From positions 21,925 to 85,924 of IMG/VR virus record IMGVR_UViG_3300037116_000081: a DNA stretch of 64,000 nucleotides. One strand, written 5' to 3'. Source of the stretch: a virus. How positions within the stretch are numbered: the first letter of the stretch is position 1; the number at the start of each line of letters is the position of its first letter. The translations under genes and the position numbers were made by a program. The notes below the pieces were generated by a model that was not told where the DNA came from, ran no database searches, and worked only from the letters and a program-made list of their open reading frames with translations. Below are positions 53,595 to 63,300 of the stretch, in pieces.

Positions 53595-54524
53595 TCATAC
53601 CACGCCGAACAGATCGAGGCCTTTGAACGTCTCCGCGCCGCGCTCTGCTACTAACCGGCGAACTTCAGCTTCTTGCCACAGCGGCTCATTGTCCAAATGC
53701 TGGTCGAGATAGCGAATCATCAGATCCTTATACGGCGCCCACCACTCTGCTGGTACGTTCGCAAAGGTCCACTCTAGCGCCCACGCCGGCTGAAGTCCGT
53801 ACATGATCGAACAATCGTGCGGTGAACGCCAAAGATTGTATTGCCGTTCAATCTCGGCAGTTGCCCTCGCTGGCCAGCGCAACCGCTCAGTAACTTTGTA
53901 CAGCGCGTGCTTCGCCTTCAACCGTCGCTCGCTTACACCCCACAGGTGAAAGCTTCCGCCCTGCCCGTGCTTGATCGGCTGATACGGTCGCAACTTTCCG
54001 CCGCCTGGATATTCCGGTTCCCTGCTGTGAAACTTGTCGCCGCTCCACCTCAGCCGCGGATCATCCTGAAACGCTACCGAAAGCCAGCGGTTTCCCCAAA
54101 TGCCGTTAGCGTGATAGCGATCGAGTGAGCCGCGAAGCTGGCACATCGGGAGTTGAAGGCAAGAGCCTTTCGGCATGTTCGCCACTGTACGCCGGATTAG
54201 CGGATATCCGCCATTCGATTCCAGCAGATTCCCTGTCAGGATTTCATCTGCATCTACTATGGCTATGTGGGTTGCACCTGCACCGCGCGCGATCTCCAGC
54301 ATCTGCTGGCGATGCGCCATCTCTGTCCAGCATTCGTGCCGATGCGTGCGCACGATGATCCGCCCAGGGTTCTCGCCATGGATGTCGGCAACGATGCGCG
54401 TGCTCTCGTCCGTGCAGGCGTGAAGCAGCACCACAACCATATCGCACCACAGCAGCGCTGCCCGCAATGTCAACCCGAGACACCAGGCTTCGTTTCGTAC
54501 CGGCATAATTCCTACGAGTTTCAT
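53595..54524 (-). CDS. GT2-like glycosyltransferase
   Basis: MPVRNE, CTDES and VDADE motifs. Confidence 0.85.
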   Translation of the reverse strand: MKLVGIMPVRNEAWCLGLTLRAALLWCDMVVVLLHACTDESTRIVADIHGENPGRIIVRTHRHECWTEMAHRQQMLEIARGAGATHIAIVDADEILTGNLLESNGGYPLIRRTVANMPKGSCLQLPMCQLRGSLDRYHANGIWGNRWLSVAFQDDPRLRWSGDKFHSREPEYPGGGKLRPYQPIKHGQGGSFHLWGVSERRLKAKHALYKVTERLRWPARATAEIERQYNLWRSPHDCSIMYGLQPAWALEWTFANVPAEWWAPYKDLMIRYLDQHLDNEPLWQEAEVRRLVAERGAETFKGLDLFGVV

Positions 54525-54709
54525 TCAGGCCTCTGGTACGTCGCCAAGCCTTCCGCGGCCTCTTCAATTTCCGCGTCTGTCGCGCCGAGCACCTTCAGTG
54601 CCATATCGCGGAACCGTTCATCTTCAGCCCCTTGTTCCGGCCCGTAAGTTTCCCGCTGCGTAACTTCGTAGGCGTCCATCAGCTCGCGAATCGCTTGTAT
54701 TCTGTCCAT
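54521..54709 (-). CDS. small acidic protein
   Basis: TGATG-coupled to the sigma factor gene. Confidence 0.5.
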   Translation of the reverse strand: MDRIQAIRELMDAYEVTQRETYGPEQGAEDERFRDMALKVLGATDAEIEEAAEGLATYQRPE

Positions 54710-55236
54710 CAAATCACATCCCCCACTTTCCGCACGCCGCGCTTCCGCAAAATCGCTTTCATCTCCCGTAACGCTCGCTCCAGAATCTGACTCGCTCGTC
54801 CCTCGCTTACCCCGAACGCCGCCGCTATCTCGTTCATCGAGCAGTCTTCCTGGAATCGCATCATCAGGCAATCGCGCCAGCGTTCCGGTAATTCCGCCAT
54901 CGTCTCAGCTATCAAATGCGCCGCGCTGTTCGGAGCCTTCGCTTCATCAATCAGCAGATCCGGCCGGCGAAGCTGCCGTTCGCTTACTGGATACGTTCGT
55001 GTGCCTGGTGCCAGCGCCCGCAACGCATCACCGACCGCACCAGCCATCCTACCTCTAAGCCAAGTCTTGAACGTCCCAAGCGCCCGATCGTACCGAGTCG
55101 CGTCTTTCACGATCCGCACATAAACACACCCCACGATGTCATCGCGATCCACCTGCCATGGCAGCCCTTTCGCTCGAAGTTTCACGCCAGTGCGGATGTA
55201 AGAAAAATGCTCAGCCACCAAGTCTCCGTTTTTCAT
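54709..55236 (-). CDS. sigma-70 family factor, FliA/WhiG-like (regions 2 and 4)
   Basis: RYD....FKTW...RMAGAVGDALR; LPER......RF......EIA..FGVSEGRASQI. Confidence 0.88.
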   Translation of the reverse strand: MKNGDLVAEHFSYIRTGVKLRAKGLPWQVDRDDIVGCVYVRIVKDATRYDRALGTFKTWLRGRMAGAVGDALRALAPGTRTYPVSERQLRRPDLLIDEAKAPNSAAHLIAETMAELPERWRDCLMMRFQEDCSMNEIAAAFGVSEGRASQILERALREMKAILRKRGVRKVGDVI

Positions 55237-55835
55237 GCTTTCAAAGTTAACACCGAATCCCAGTGCCCAAACCAATCGCCCAGCTTCGCGCGCGGATGCT
55301 GAGCGATCCGATAATCCGGCAACCGTCGCCACAGATCCTCGAAGTACGCCAGATTCTTCGTTGCGTCCGCTCCATCGTGAAACTCGACGCTGATCTGTTT
55401 CGCGATCGGCCCGGGCCAATTCCATAGGATGTCGAACTCCGAACCTTCGCAGTCGAGCTTCACCACGTCCCAGCGCTTTACCTCGCAGTGGCGCATCAGT
55501 GTGGTGATGTCGATGCAGGGGACTTCGTAAATTTTGGCGTCGTAATACTTGTCACCTTCGATCAGCAGATTCCCTTCGCCATCCGAGTAAGATGCGTAGT
55601 TCGATTTAGTCTTGCCGTCTCCAACCAGCGCCATGTTCCAGAACATGCAGAACGTGAAGTTTAGCGGCCCCGCAATTTCTTTGTCTGGGTCCATCGCGAT
55701 CACGATAGCTCCCGGCCTGAGCTTCAGAATCGCTTCAGTGAAGTCGAAGCGCCGGCATCCGACATCGAGAACGATTGGGATTTCCGGCAAGAGATCCACG
55801 TCGATGGTGTGCTCAGCTAATTTTTGGAGGTTCAT
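55233..55835 (-). CDS. FkbM-family methyltransferase
   Basis: VLDVGC, VKLDCEGSE and QISVEFH motifs. Confidence 0.85.
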   Translation of the reverse strand: MNLQKLAEHTIDVDLLPEIPIVLDVGCRRFDFTEAILKLRPGAIVIAMDPDKEIAGPLNFTFCMFWNMALVGDGKTKSNYASYSDGEGNLLIEGDKYYDAKIYEVPCIDITTLMRHCEVKRWDVVKLDCEGSEFDILWNWPGPIAKQISVEFHDGADATKNLAYFEDLWRRLPDYRIAQHPRAKLGDWFGHWDSVLTLKA

Positions 55836-56466
55836 TAGGTTTCCTAAAATAGATCGGCGCCGGGTTCGTCGCTTCGAGGATCGCTTTCTTACATCCGGAG
55901 AGGTCGAAGTCGTCAACGATCACGTAGCCGCCTGGTGGGACAAGTGGGTATAGGTAGTCCATGCAGACCTTGGTGGAGCGGTAGAGATCGCCGTCGAGCC
56001 GAAGGACCGCGATACGCCAGCCTGGATCAAGCCGCCCAATGAGCGTGGCCGGCATTTCCATTGGTAAAACTTCCTGGAACCAGCCGGGATGATAGACCAG
56101 CAGTTCGTCTGGTATCCCCCAGTCCCGCATGTTCTTCTTGACGTCTTCGAGTGAGCATTTCGCCTCGCCGGCCGGCTTGTGCGCCAGCTCTGAATCTTCC
56201 GGCCCGGCCAACGGAATGCCCGCGAAGCTATCGAACAGATGGACACGCCGATTGTCGCTGAGCGCATACTCGCCACGGTTCGCAACGTGCTCCATGATTG
56301 CCTTCGCCATGATGGCCGAGCTGGCACCAGCGTAGACTCCGCATTCCACGAAGTCACCAGGTACACCGCGTTCGAGCGCCATGCGGCAAATGTCGTAGGT
56401 CATTTCCTGCGAGGTCCGATGGCCAAGCGAGTGGTAGCAAACTTTCTCCCACCAAGCGTTTGTCAT
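55813..56466 (-). CDS. TylF/MycF-family sugar O-methyltransferase
   Basis: PGDFVECGV, LFDSFAG, GWF, LRLDGDLY.ST and IVDD motifs. Confidence 0.92.
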   Translation of the reverse strand: MTNAWWEKVCYHSLGHRTSQEMTYDICRMALERGVPGDFVECGVYAGASSAIMAKAIMEHVANRGEYALSDNRRVHLFDSFAGIPLAGPEDSELAHKPAGEAKCSLEDVKKNMRDWGIPDELLVYHPGWFQEVLPMEMPATLIGRLDPGWRIAVLRLDGDLYRSTKVCMDYLYPLVPPGGYVIVDDFDLSGCKKAILEATNPAPIYFRKPNEPPKIS

Positions 56467-57266
56467 ATGTTCCTATAGACCGATCCGCTCAGATCCCGCT
56501 TGTCGCCTCGGCAGTCTTGCTGATGAAACATCTGCGGCCAGGTGTCCGTAGGCCATCCGCAACCTGGTGAAATCGGCCAGCCGAACTGGCACGCCTCCCG
56601 GTGCGGTTTAATGCCGTACTTGATCGCCAGCAAGCTCAACACCGATTGTTCGTTGGAATGCCGTTTGAAGCCAGGAAACTCTTCGGTGTAGCTGCTCCTG
56701 TAGAGCTTCTGGCACTCGCGATTCGTCGCGTAGGTCAGCCATTCAGCCAGGAATTGCTCGAGCCGCGGATCACCTTTCTTGAACATCGAGAAACGCCCGC
56801 ACGCCTGTATCTCCTCACCGGCCTGCTCACCGAGCCCCATGACCACGTAGGTATCTCGCCGCGTCCAGAACTTGTTGGGGCAGCCCTGCGCCTCGAACAG
56901 CACTATCCCTTCGCGGTCGCACAACTCGAAGATCGGCGTCAGATCCGCAATTGGATAAGTATCCGCATCGGTGTAGAGAACCAGGTCGCCAGTATTCAGC
57001 CGTTTCATCTCCTGCATGAGCATGTACGGTTTCCATGCGCACCATCCGAAACCCCAGTTGCGATGGTCGAATGCCGGATCTTCATCGGTGTGCCACAACC
57101 AATTGTTGATTTGGTAGAACGGCGTGGTCATCAGCCAGGCATCATCGTATACCCGCACTTCGTTGACACCAAAGCCAGGAGCCCGCGAGACAATGACGCC
57201 GGTGGTTTCATCGTACGCTTTGCCGCCGAATGTAACGTAGACACGCTTCATGTTTTCTCCATCCAC
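56463..57266 (-). CDS. putative glycosyltransferase (GT-A like)
   Basis: GW.AWKP, LYTDAD and HSNEQSVLSLL motifs. Confidence 0.75.
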   Translation of the reverse strand: MDGENMKRVYVTFGGKAYDETTGVIVSRAPGFGVNEVRVYDDAWLMTTPFYQINNWLWHTDEDPAFDHRNWGFGWCAWKPYMLMQEMKRLNTGDLVLYTDADTYPIADLTPIFELCDREGIVLFEAQGCPNKFWTRRDTYVVMGLGEQAGEEIQACGRFSMFKKGDPRLEQFLAEWLTYATNRECQKLYRSSYTEEFPGFKRHSNEQSVLSLLAIKYGIKPHREACQFGWPISPGCGWPTDTWPQMFHQQDCRGDKRDLSGSVYRNI

Positions 57267-57751
57267 ACCCGATCGGCCAGCTCGTCGCTGTTGGTAAGCG
57301 TCAATGTCGCTGGACTGAAGCGCTTGTCAACAAATTGATGCTTCCACAGATGCAGGATTGGTTCAAACGGTTTCATGATATCGGCCGCTCCCCAGTCATG
57401 CACCACAATATATGGTGCTGTTCGTGCGAAGATTTCCGCCGCTTCCGCTCGCTTATGTCCGTTGTGATCCAGAAAGACAACGGACCAAGGACCCTGCGCA
57501 ATTGTCTTCAATACGTCGCCCATAAAATCTAGATGGACGAAGCACGAACCGCAACGTTCTGCCCACTCTGCGTTTTCTTCTAGCGTCACAAACTCTCGCC
57601 GCGCGGTCTGACAAAAGGTTCGCAATAGTGGAGTACTCCACAACCCGGCACCGACCTCTAACACGGCTCCACTGGTGGCCATCAGCGCCGCGAACAATGA
57701 CGGCAAGTGCGAACCCCAGCATTGCTCAATTGGAACATCTTGCATATTCAT
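57248..57751 (-). CDS. class I SAM methyltransferase-like protein
   Basis: VLEVGAG.WST, VVFLD and IVVHD motifs. Confidence 0.75.
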   Translation of the reverse strand: MNMQDVPIEQCWGSHLPSLFAALMATSGAVLEVGAGLWSTPLLRTFCQTARREFVTLEENAEWAERCGSCFVHLDFMGDVLKTIAQGPWSVVFLDHNGHKRAEAAEIFARTAPYIVVHDWGAADIMKPFEPILHLWKHQFVDKRFSPATLTLTNSDELADRVWMEKT

Positions 57752-58368
57752 CCCTTCACCACGATCAGGTTAGTTCCGTTTGCATACGTGCATCGATATC
57801 CCCGCTTTGTCGCGGCCTTCAGTAGTTCGGTAGTCCGCTCATCGTGCTCAACGCAGATACATCGAGTGTCCCAGTCGAGCTCCATGATCCGCAGAAATAT
57901 TTCTCCGCTCACGCCTTCCGCGTCGATGTTGATAAAGTCGAAGCCACCGCATACTATCGAAATTATTTCAGGAGTGATCCCCGGAACAGACACGAGACCG
58001 TAATACGTGACATCGTCGCGTTTCGACGGATTGCCGAGAATGGTACTGCTCGGCTGGTCACTCACCCGAAGATCGTACAGACCCCGTTCGAGCGCTACGA
58101 CTGCCTGTATCAACCTGATCCGCGGCTCAAACTTGTATTCCAGCAGCAGCGCTTCCATGTAGCGCGGCGCCGGCTCGATCATCACCCCTGACCAGCCGAG
58201 CTCGAAGAGTGCGCGTGTGTTCGATTTGTCGAATGGATCGCCAGCGCCGATATCCAGAAACTTGCCGCTCTTTTGCGCAGCGTCCCGACCGCCGAAACCG
58301 TGGGATTCCTTCCATGGCGTGTCGAATGCGGCCAGGATGTGCCTCTCTTCGTCTTCTTGGGAATACAT
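57748..58368 (-). CDS. FkbM-family methyltransferase
   Basis: YSQ.DE, FLDIGA.D...SNT..L...GWSGVMIEP and IDAEG motifs. Confidence 0.88.
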   Translation of the reverse strand: MYSQEDEERHILAAFDTPWKESHGFGGRDAAQKSGKFLDIGAGDPFDKSNTRALFELGWSGVMIEPAPRYMEALLLEYKFEPRIRLIQAVVALERGLYDLRVSDQPSSTILGNPSKRDDVTYYGLVSVPGITPEIISIVCGGFDFINIDAEGVSGEIFLRIMELDWDTRCICVEHDERTTELLKAATKRGYRCTYANGTNLIVVKG

Positions 58369-58593
58369 CTACATGCTCCTGATTCCGTACTTGTCTCTCG
58401 AAGTCGGAGTTACGACCGCTCGCTTGTCCCACTTCTGCTCCGACCGTAGTTTCTTCCATTTCTTGTTCTCGAAGTGCGCCTCAACACGCGAGCGCTCAAT
58501 CTTCGCTTCCCATTCAGCCAGCGGCATCCCTTGAAAGTCTGGAGGAACGTCGGAGAGCTTGTAGCCACGGGGCTTCAGTTCAGAGAGCGTCAT
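58369..58593 (-). CDS. small basic hypothetical protein
   Basis: Coupled ORF. Confidence 0.5.
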   Translation of the reverse strand: MTLSELKPRGYKLSDVPPDFQGMPLAEWEAKIERSRVEAHFENKKWKKLRSEQKWDKRAVVTPTSRDKYGIRSM

Positions 58594-58814
58594 GGAGTTT
58601 TCTTGATCGCCTCAGCCAATACCGCATCCTGTAACTTCGCTACTGACCGCCACACCCACCAACCCGCCGAGCTAGAAACAGTGAATCCAGCGTTCGCCCA
58701 ACTGCTCTTAAGCTCTACCACTCGCTCGTCAGCCGCGGATGATGCGACGAACATACTGTCGACCCACCGTTCCCCTCTGGGTAGCCCTGCCATCACAACG
58801 TAAACATTTATCAC
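58590..58814 (-). CDS. small hypothetical protein
   Basis: Coupled ORF. Confidence 0.5.
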   Translation of the reverse strand: MINVYVVMAGLPRGERWVDSMFVASSAADERVVELKSSWANAGFTVSSSAGWWVWRSVAKLQDAVLAEAIKKTP

Positions 58815-59611
58815 GCTATCGGCTCACTTCCTGGAAAACCCGCTGCCTTCCGCTGATTGAAAAGCGTCTGCGTCCGCTTCCAGTTCTCTTGACTGTTCGC
58901 CTCTCGCAGAAACTCCGGAATATCCGATCGTTGCGCGAGCGACTTTCGGCCCCAATGCTCATGCCTGTGCGTCAGGTCTTCCCGTTGCCACAGCACCCCA
59001 AGCTTCTTCGAGACTTCAAACAACTCCTCATCGTCAAACATGTGCCGATACTCAGGCCAGAACGGACCGTTACCTTGATACATTCGCCGGCAGAATTCGC
59101 GACCGAGCCACGGTGACCCACAGATACGATCAATGCGGGAAGCTGGCCAGGCTTTGAGATCACCGATAGGCTGCATCACACCGAAGGTTGACCAATATTT
59201 CCAGCTTGGCGCATTACTGCCAGATCCGCCTGGTGCGGCAACGTCAAAGGGAATGTGGCTCCACTTCGGCTTGGCGGGCGGATAGGTCAACTCCACGGTA
59301 TTGTAAAAACGTCCACTACACTGCTGGGCGATTTCTTCGGCCCGTACGTTTGGATCGGGGTAGATATCGTCTGACGCCGCTACTACCCAGTCGCAAGCCT
59401 TGTCCATCGCGAAGACTTGCCGCGCAAGAAAGTTCATTGACGCGCCCCAGCCTTCATACTTAGTCGTCACAACGCGAACGCTCGCGGCTACGACAGGATC
59501 GCACGAATCACGCATGACCACACTGATGTACCCCATGTCATGCCACGCCTGTAGGACCTTGTTCGCCACTTCCGCTGGACGCTTTGATGGGAAACACACC
59601 CAAACACTCAC
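58811..59611 (-). CDS. glycosyltransferase (GT-A like)
   Basis: ASDDIYP DxD-like motif; YRHMFDDEEL; H.HW. Confidence 0.75.
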   Translation of the reverse strand: MSVWVCFPSKRPAEVANKVLQAWHDMGYISVVMRDSCDPVVAASVRVVTTKYEGWGASMNFLARQVFAMDKACDWVVAASDDIYPDPNVRAEEIAQQCSGRFYNTVELTYPPAKPKWSHIPFDVAAPGGSGSNAPSWKYWSTFGVMQPIGDLKAWPASRIDRICGSPWLGREFCRRMYQGNGPFWPEYRHMFDDEELFEVSKKLGVLWQREDLTHRHEHWGRKSLAQRSDIPEFLREANSQENWKRTQTLFNQRKAAGFPGSEPIA

Positions 59612-60357
59612 ACGTTTCCCTTCTCGTAGCTGTCTCCCATTGTCATCAAGATCCGTAGCCTCGTGTCCCAGCCGGTCTCTCGCTTCCATTCCAACGCTTC
59701 AGGCGTGACCTTGGCGTGCGTGTTGCCGCCGTGCAGCTCCGCTACCAGCATCGGCCGCCATGAGCCCTGTTGGTCCGGATTGTCGCCATACGATTGCAGC
59801 GACGTGCAAGCTGACGTCCGCTGGCCAAGCGTAAACAACCTGTCCTCGCCGGCACTTGTCGCCGTGAATGGATGCGTCTCCCAGTACTTCCGCCAATAAC
59901 AAAGGCTTGTCCCTACCGGTGATTTGTGATCCGCATGCCGCCACATCCACGCTTCCAATTTGAGTGAGTCCCAGAAGAGCAGATCGTTGTAACCTACGAT
60001 GTCGGCGTTCGAGGCTTGCAGCAGCCGAACCTGCTCTTCGATGCGATGCGGCGCCGACCAGTCGTCAGAGTCCCAGTGGATCAAAATGTCGGGGCCGTCG
60101 TCTCGCGCGTTGGCGCACACCCACAAATTTGCTTCGTTACGCAACGCCCCGATGGTTCGCCGCGGCGCATTCTCAGATCTCGCCAGTTCGATTCTCCCGC
60201 TGGCCAGCCGGTCCATCGCGTACGGCTTGATGCCTGTATCGTAGATCAGCAGCCGCGAATTCTCGTAGGTTTGACTCAAAAACGATTGCACGGCTCTGTC
60301 TGTATACGCCTGCCTGTCTGCCGTCAAGCAAACCGCTGTCACACTTAGGTTCTTCAA
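59608..60357 (-). CDS. GT2 glycosyltransferase
   Basis: SFLSQTY...LLIYD, IGALRN, HWDSDDW..P.RI..QV and GED motifs. Confidence 0.88.
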   Translation of the reverse strand: MKNLSVTAVCLTADRQAYTDRAVQSFLSQTYENSRLLIYDTGIKPYAMDRLASGRIELARSENAPRRTIGALRNEANLWVCANARDDGPDILIHWDSDDWSAPHRIEEQVRLLQASNADIVGYNDLLFWDSLKLEAWMWRHADHKSPVGTSLCYWRKYWETHPFTATSAGEDRLFTLGQRTSACTSLQSYGDNPDQQGSWRPMLVAELHGGNTHAKVTPEALEWKRETGWDTRLRILMTMGDSYEKGNV

Positions 60358-60863
60358 GCTGCCTCCTGTGGACGCTTCTGCCAGCGCCGTGGCCTTCTGT
60401 TGTTCGCCTGCTGAGTGTAGGTTGCCCACTGGCAATTTCCCGGAGAGTACGGACCATCATTATCCTTGCGATCCAACGTTACTCTTCCGACACGCGGCCC
60501 CATGTCTTCCACAAACGCCGTGAAGCTGTAACGCCACCGATCACACATTGTTACCCCGCGCCCACCGTAATCCGCATAACGGGGATCGGTTGGATTAAAG
60601 CAACGCTGCTTTGCAGAGTTCCACAATCGGTACAGTCTGGTCTTGCTCTGACCGTGTACCAGTCGCGCCGCTGCCGTCACCTCACGGCGCAAGCAACCAC
60701 AGCTCATGGTTTCGGCGCGCAACAATTGCCGTCCAACCGCTACCACTGAATTGCCGCACGAGCATAGACAATTCCATCTTGTCCTGGTTCCGAGATTGTC
60801 GGCTCTCGAAACAACCGTCAGCCGGCCGAACACGCGCCCGACAAGACTGAGCAGGTTAGGCAT
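60354..60863 (-). CDS. HNH homing endonuclease
   Basis: [24 protein letters not shown] and [20 protein letters not shown] motifs. Confidence 0.9.
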   Translation of the reverse strand: MPNLLSLVGRVFGRLTVVSRADNLGTRTRWNCLCSCGNSVVAVGRQLLRAETMSCGCLRREVTAAARLVHGQSKTRLYRLWNSAKQRCFNPTDPRYADYGGRGVTMCDRWRYSFTAFVEDMGPRVGRVTLDRKDNDGPYSPGNCQWATYTQQANNRRPRRWQKRPQEAA

Positions 60864-61257
60864 CAGATCGTCACCTCAAAAAACGTCGCAAGCGTTTGGA
60901 TGATGCGCCGCCGATTCTCTTTGGACAACGCCGTGAGTTGCTTGATAATCGCGAGCAGTAGTTCATCATCCGGATGCGATGTGCCCGCCTGCATCGCTGC
61001 GCGCCCAGCTCTCTCACCCACGCTTTGCCGCCTCAAAGTTCGGCTTGTCGTGGATCACCACTTGCAAAAGCTTTTCTCGCCACACCACAGGATGCCCATG
61101 TAGCCTGAAGCCTTCATCGATCAGCTTTTCAATTGCGGTTGCGCCCCGGCCATCAGCGGCAGTGGGATTCATTTCGAGTATTCTGATTTGCATTTCTCCC
61201 TTTCGTGGAGTTACACGAGGCGAGATCACTGACCCGCCTCGTTACTTTCAACAGTTA

Positions 61258-61344
61258 TTACCTGATCGGCTTTTCGGGCTTGTCCGGCTTATCCGGTTTG
61301 TCCGGTTTGTCCGGCTTTTCCGGAGGATCGGCAAAAGTTCGCAT
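61258..61344 (-). CDS. 28-aa peptide with KPD repeats (MRTFADPPEKPDKPDKPDKPDKPEKPIR)
   Basis: AAAGGAG SD; downstream of its own promoter; 9-bp tandem repeats. Confidence 0.55.
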   Translation of the reverse strand: MRTFADPPEKPDKPDKPDKPDKPEKPIR

Positions 61345-61436
61345 CGGTTTTCTCCTTTCGCACTGAGCAGCGGAGCTTCGCCCCAGCAGTCGGAGGAAAG
61401 CGGTACGAAGGAGGCCTCCGCTGCCAGTACGTTTGG

Positions 61437-61467
61437 ATATTACCGCAGTCTCAGCAGTTGCGCAAGT
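61437..61467 (-). promoter_or_regulatory. promoter/operator TTGCGC-17-TAATAT
   Basis: Palindromic -35 copy heading the GT island. Confidence 0.8.
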
Positions 61468-61482
61468 ACCAAAATGCTAGTA

Positions 61483-62946
61483 CTATATCGGGCTGATTTG
61501 CTCGATTGGCTGCATTACCATTCCGGTCTGCCGTGGCTGCACTCGACAGAACGCCATAATTTCAGCCTCCGCCCGATCCGGTGATGATAGCCCACGCTTG
61601 CGTGAATCGTCCTTCGATTCGATCTCAATCAATCCGCGCCCGGTTTCTCGATACTGAATCCCGCACAGTTGCGCTTCTGTCTCTTCATCGAGCGCATCGG
61701 GTAACGTGCAGACGTAATCGGCTTTGTACATATCCCGCAGCCGAAAGTGAGCCTCAGCTTTCATGTTGACGAACTGCTCTACATCGATCGGCTTGTACCC
61801 GGCATTGAATCCCACCACTCGAAAGCCCTGGTCGGCCAGATGCAACGCGAAGTTGTAGCCGATGCCCACGATGTCCACTACCACAGGACCAAGCTCGTAT
61901 CCAGTGCTCCTGAGCCCGTGCAGCCACTTCGCACACGCTGCCCGTGGATCAGCATCGGGCCACGCCGCACGCGCAACCTTGATGCCGTTCACCCGTGCTA
62001 CAGCGGTCGTCTCATCGTCGCCAGGCCCGGCAACGTCGATGCCTGCCTGGATAAAACAACCTTTGGCCCGTGCGAGTTCAATCTCGTTCGGCTCTCGCTT
62101 CGCCCGTTCAATCCATTCGAGCGAGAAAACCGCATACTCGGATTGCGTCGGAAACTCGCCCAGCACACGAGACAGATACCGCGGGTTGTTCGGTCCCCAT
62201 CGCAGATACTTGTCAAGCACCCACCAGCGGGTTACGAGAAACGGCGCCGGCGCATATTCCAGTTCTTCCGGCGAAAGCGCCTTCAGTTCCTCGATCGTGA
62301 ATGGATAACCTGTCTTTTCGTTTTGCAGGTTTGGCGTGTCGAACGCGCTGATCGTGATGCACTCGGTCATCGCACGCCCGCGGCCGAAGTCGTCAAAAAA
62401 TGGCCCACTCGGAACCGTGGGATTGCCGAGCTTCAAGATCCGGACGCGTCCGCCGGCGCGGATGCCCTCTATCGCGTCCCATACCTCGCCTGAGATGCCA
62501 GGCGATTCGTCGGTGATAATCAGCACGTCCTGACCGTGGAAGCCTTGCGCGTTTACGCCCTTCGCCGAACTGAACCCTATCCCGTAGCGTTCCTCAGTGA
62601 TTCGCAGGCCAGCCGTCGAGCACTCCGGAAATTGCAGCGCGGATCCGCGGCGCGCCAATTCGATTTCCTCCCACATGAGCTTGACTTGGCGAAGCGTCGG
62701 CGCAATTGTGATAGCTTTGCCTTGTGGGAAAACCGCCAGATGTCTCAGAACGCACCCCGAAGTCACGTAGGTTTTGCCGGAAGCATGGCAGCCTTTCACC
62801 GCTGTGCTGCGTTTTGTTGCGCAGGCGTTAGCGATATCCTGTTGACGCTTCCAGAGCTTGCGGTGCAGGATTGCTTGCTGGAAGTTTACCGGGTCGCTGG
62901 CCAGCCGCGCGCGCTCGCGTTTATCAAGGGGTGGTGCTGTCATCCG
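61483..62946 (-). CDS. terL: terminase large subunit
   Basis: Walker A GCHASGKT, Walker B IITDES, GNP, GIDVA..GDD and SPDRAEA motifs. Confidence 0.93.
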   Translation of the reverse strand, partial: RMTAPPLDKRERARLASDPVNFQQAILHRKLWKRQQDIANACATKRSTAVKGCHASGKTYVTSGCVLRHLAVFPQGKAITIAPTLRQVKLMWEEIELARRGSALQFPECSTAGLRITEERYGIGFSSAKGVNAQGFHGQDVLIITDESPGISGEVWDAIEGIRAGGRVRILKLGNPTVPSGPFFDDFGRGRAMTECITISAFDTPNLQNEKTGYPFTIEELKALSPEELEYAPAPFLVTRWWVLDKYLRWGPNNPRYLSRVLGEFPTQSEYAVFSLEWIERAKREPNEIELARAKGCFIQAGIDVAGPGDDETTAVARVNGIKVARAAWPDADPRAACAKWLHGLRSTGYELGPVVVDIVGIGYNFALHLADQGFRVVGFNAGYKPIDVEQFVNMKAEAHFRLRDMYKADYVCTLPDALDEETEAQLCGIQYRETGRGLIEIESKDDSRKRGLSSPDRAEAEIMAFCRVQPRQTGMVMQPIEQISPI

Positions 62947-63250
62947 TGTCACGAAGCACGGCGTCAAAGGCTTCGAGCGGTATCAGTGGCGCGCCGTCTT
63001 TGCCTGTGACTTCCAGGCTAGTTTGTCGAAGTTGGGGATGAACGTACTTGGCCAGTTCCGCGTGCATCCTCGCTCGAATTGGCAGATCCGCTGTGGGGTC
63101 CGCCGCAATCATTGCCATGCCTTCGATGGGATTGACGCCAAGTTTATCGAGCAGTCCCGCGACGTCGCGCGTGATCTTGTTCTTGCTCTTGAGTTTGCGC
63201 CCGCCAACTTTCGGATGCCCTGGTTGAAATGTTGTGCTTGCCTTAGCCAC
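62924..63250 (-). CDS. terS: terminase small subunit
   Basis: FQPG....GGR...SKNK; LAKYVHPQL; EVTGKDGAP; upstream of terL. Confidence 0.8.
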   Translation of the reverse strand: MAKASTTFQPGHPKVGGRKLKSKNKITRDVAGLLDKLGVNPIEGMAMIAADPTADLPIRARMHAELAKYVHPQLRQTSLEVTGKDGAPLIPLEAFDAVLRDTDDSTTP

Positions 63251-63288
63251 TATCCACTCACTAATTCCGGAGCTTCAGGATAGCACAC

Positions 63289-63300
63289 ACTTGCGCAACT
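63289..63300. promoter_or_regulatory. operator palindrome ACTTGCGCAACT upstream of terS
   Basis: Eighth copy; a possible extended -10 (TGcTATCCT) is adjacent. Confidence 0.6.
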
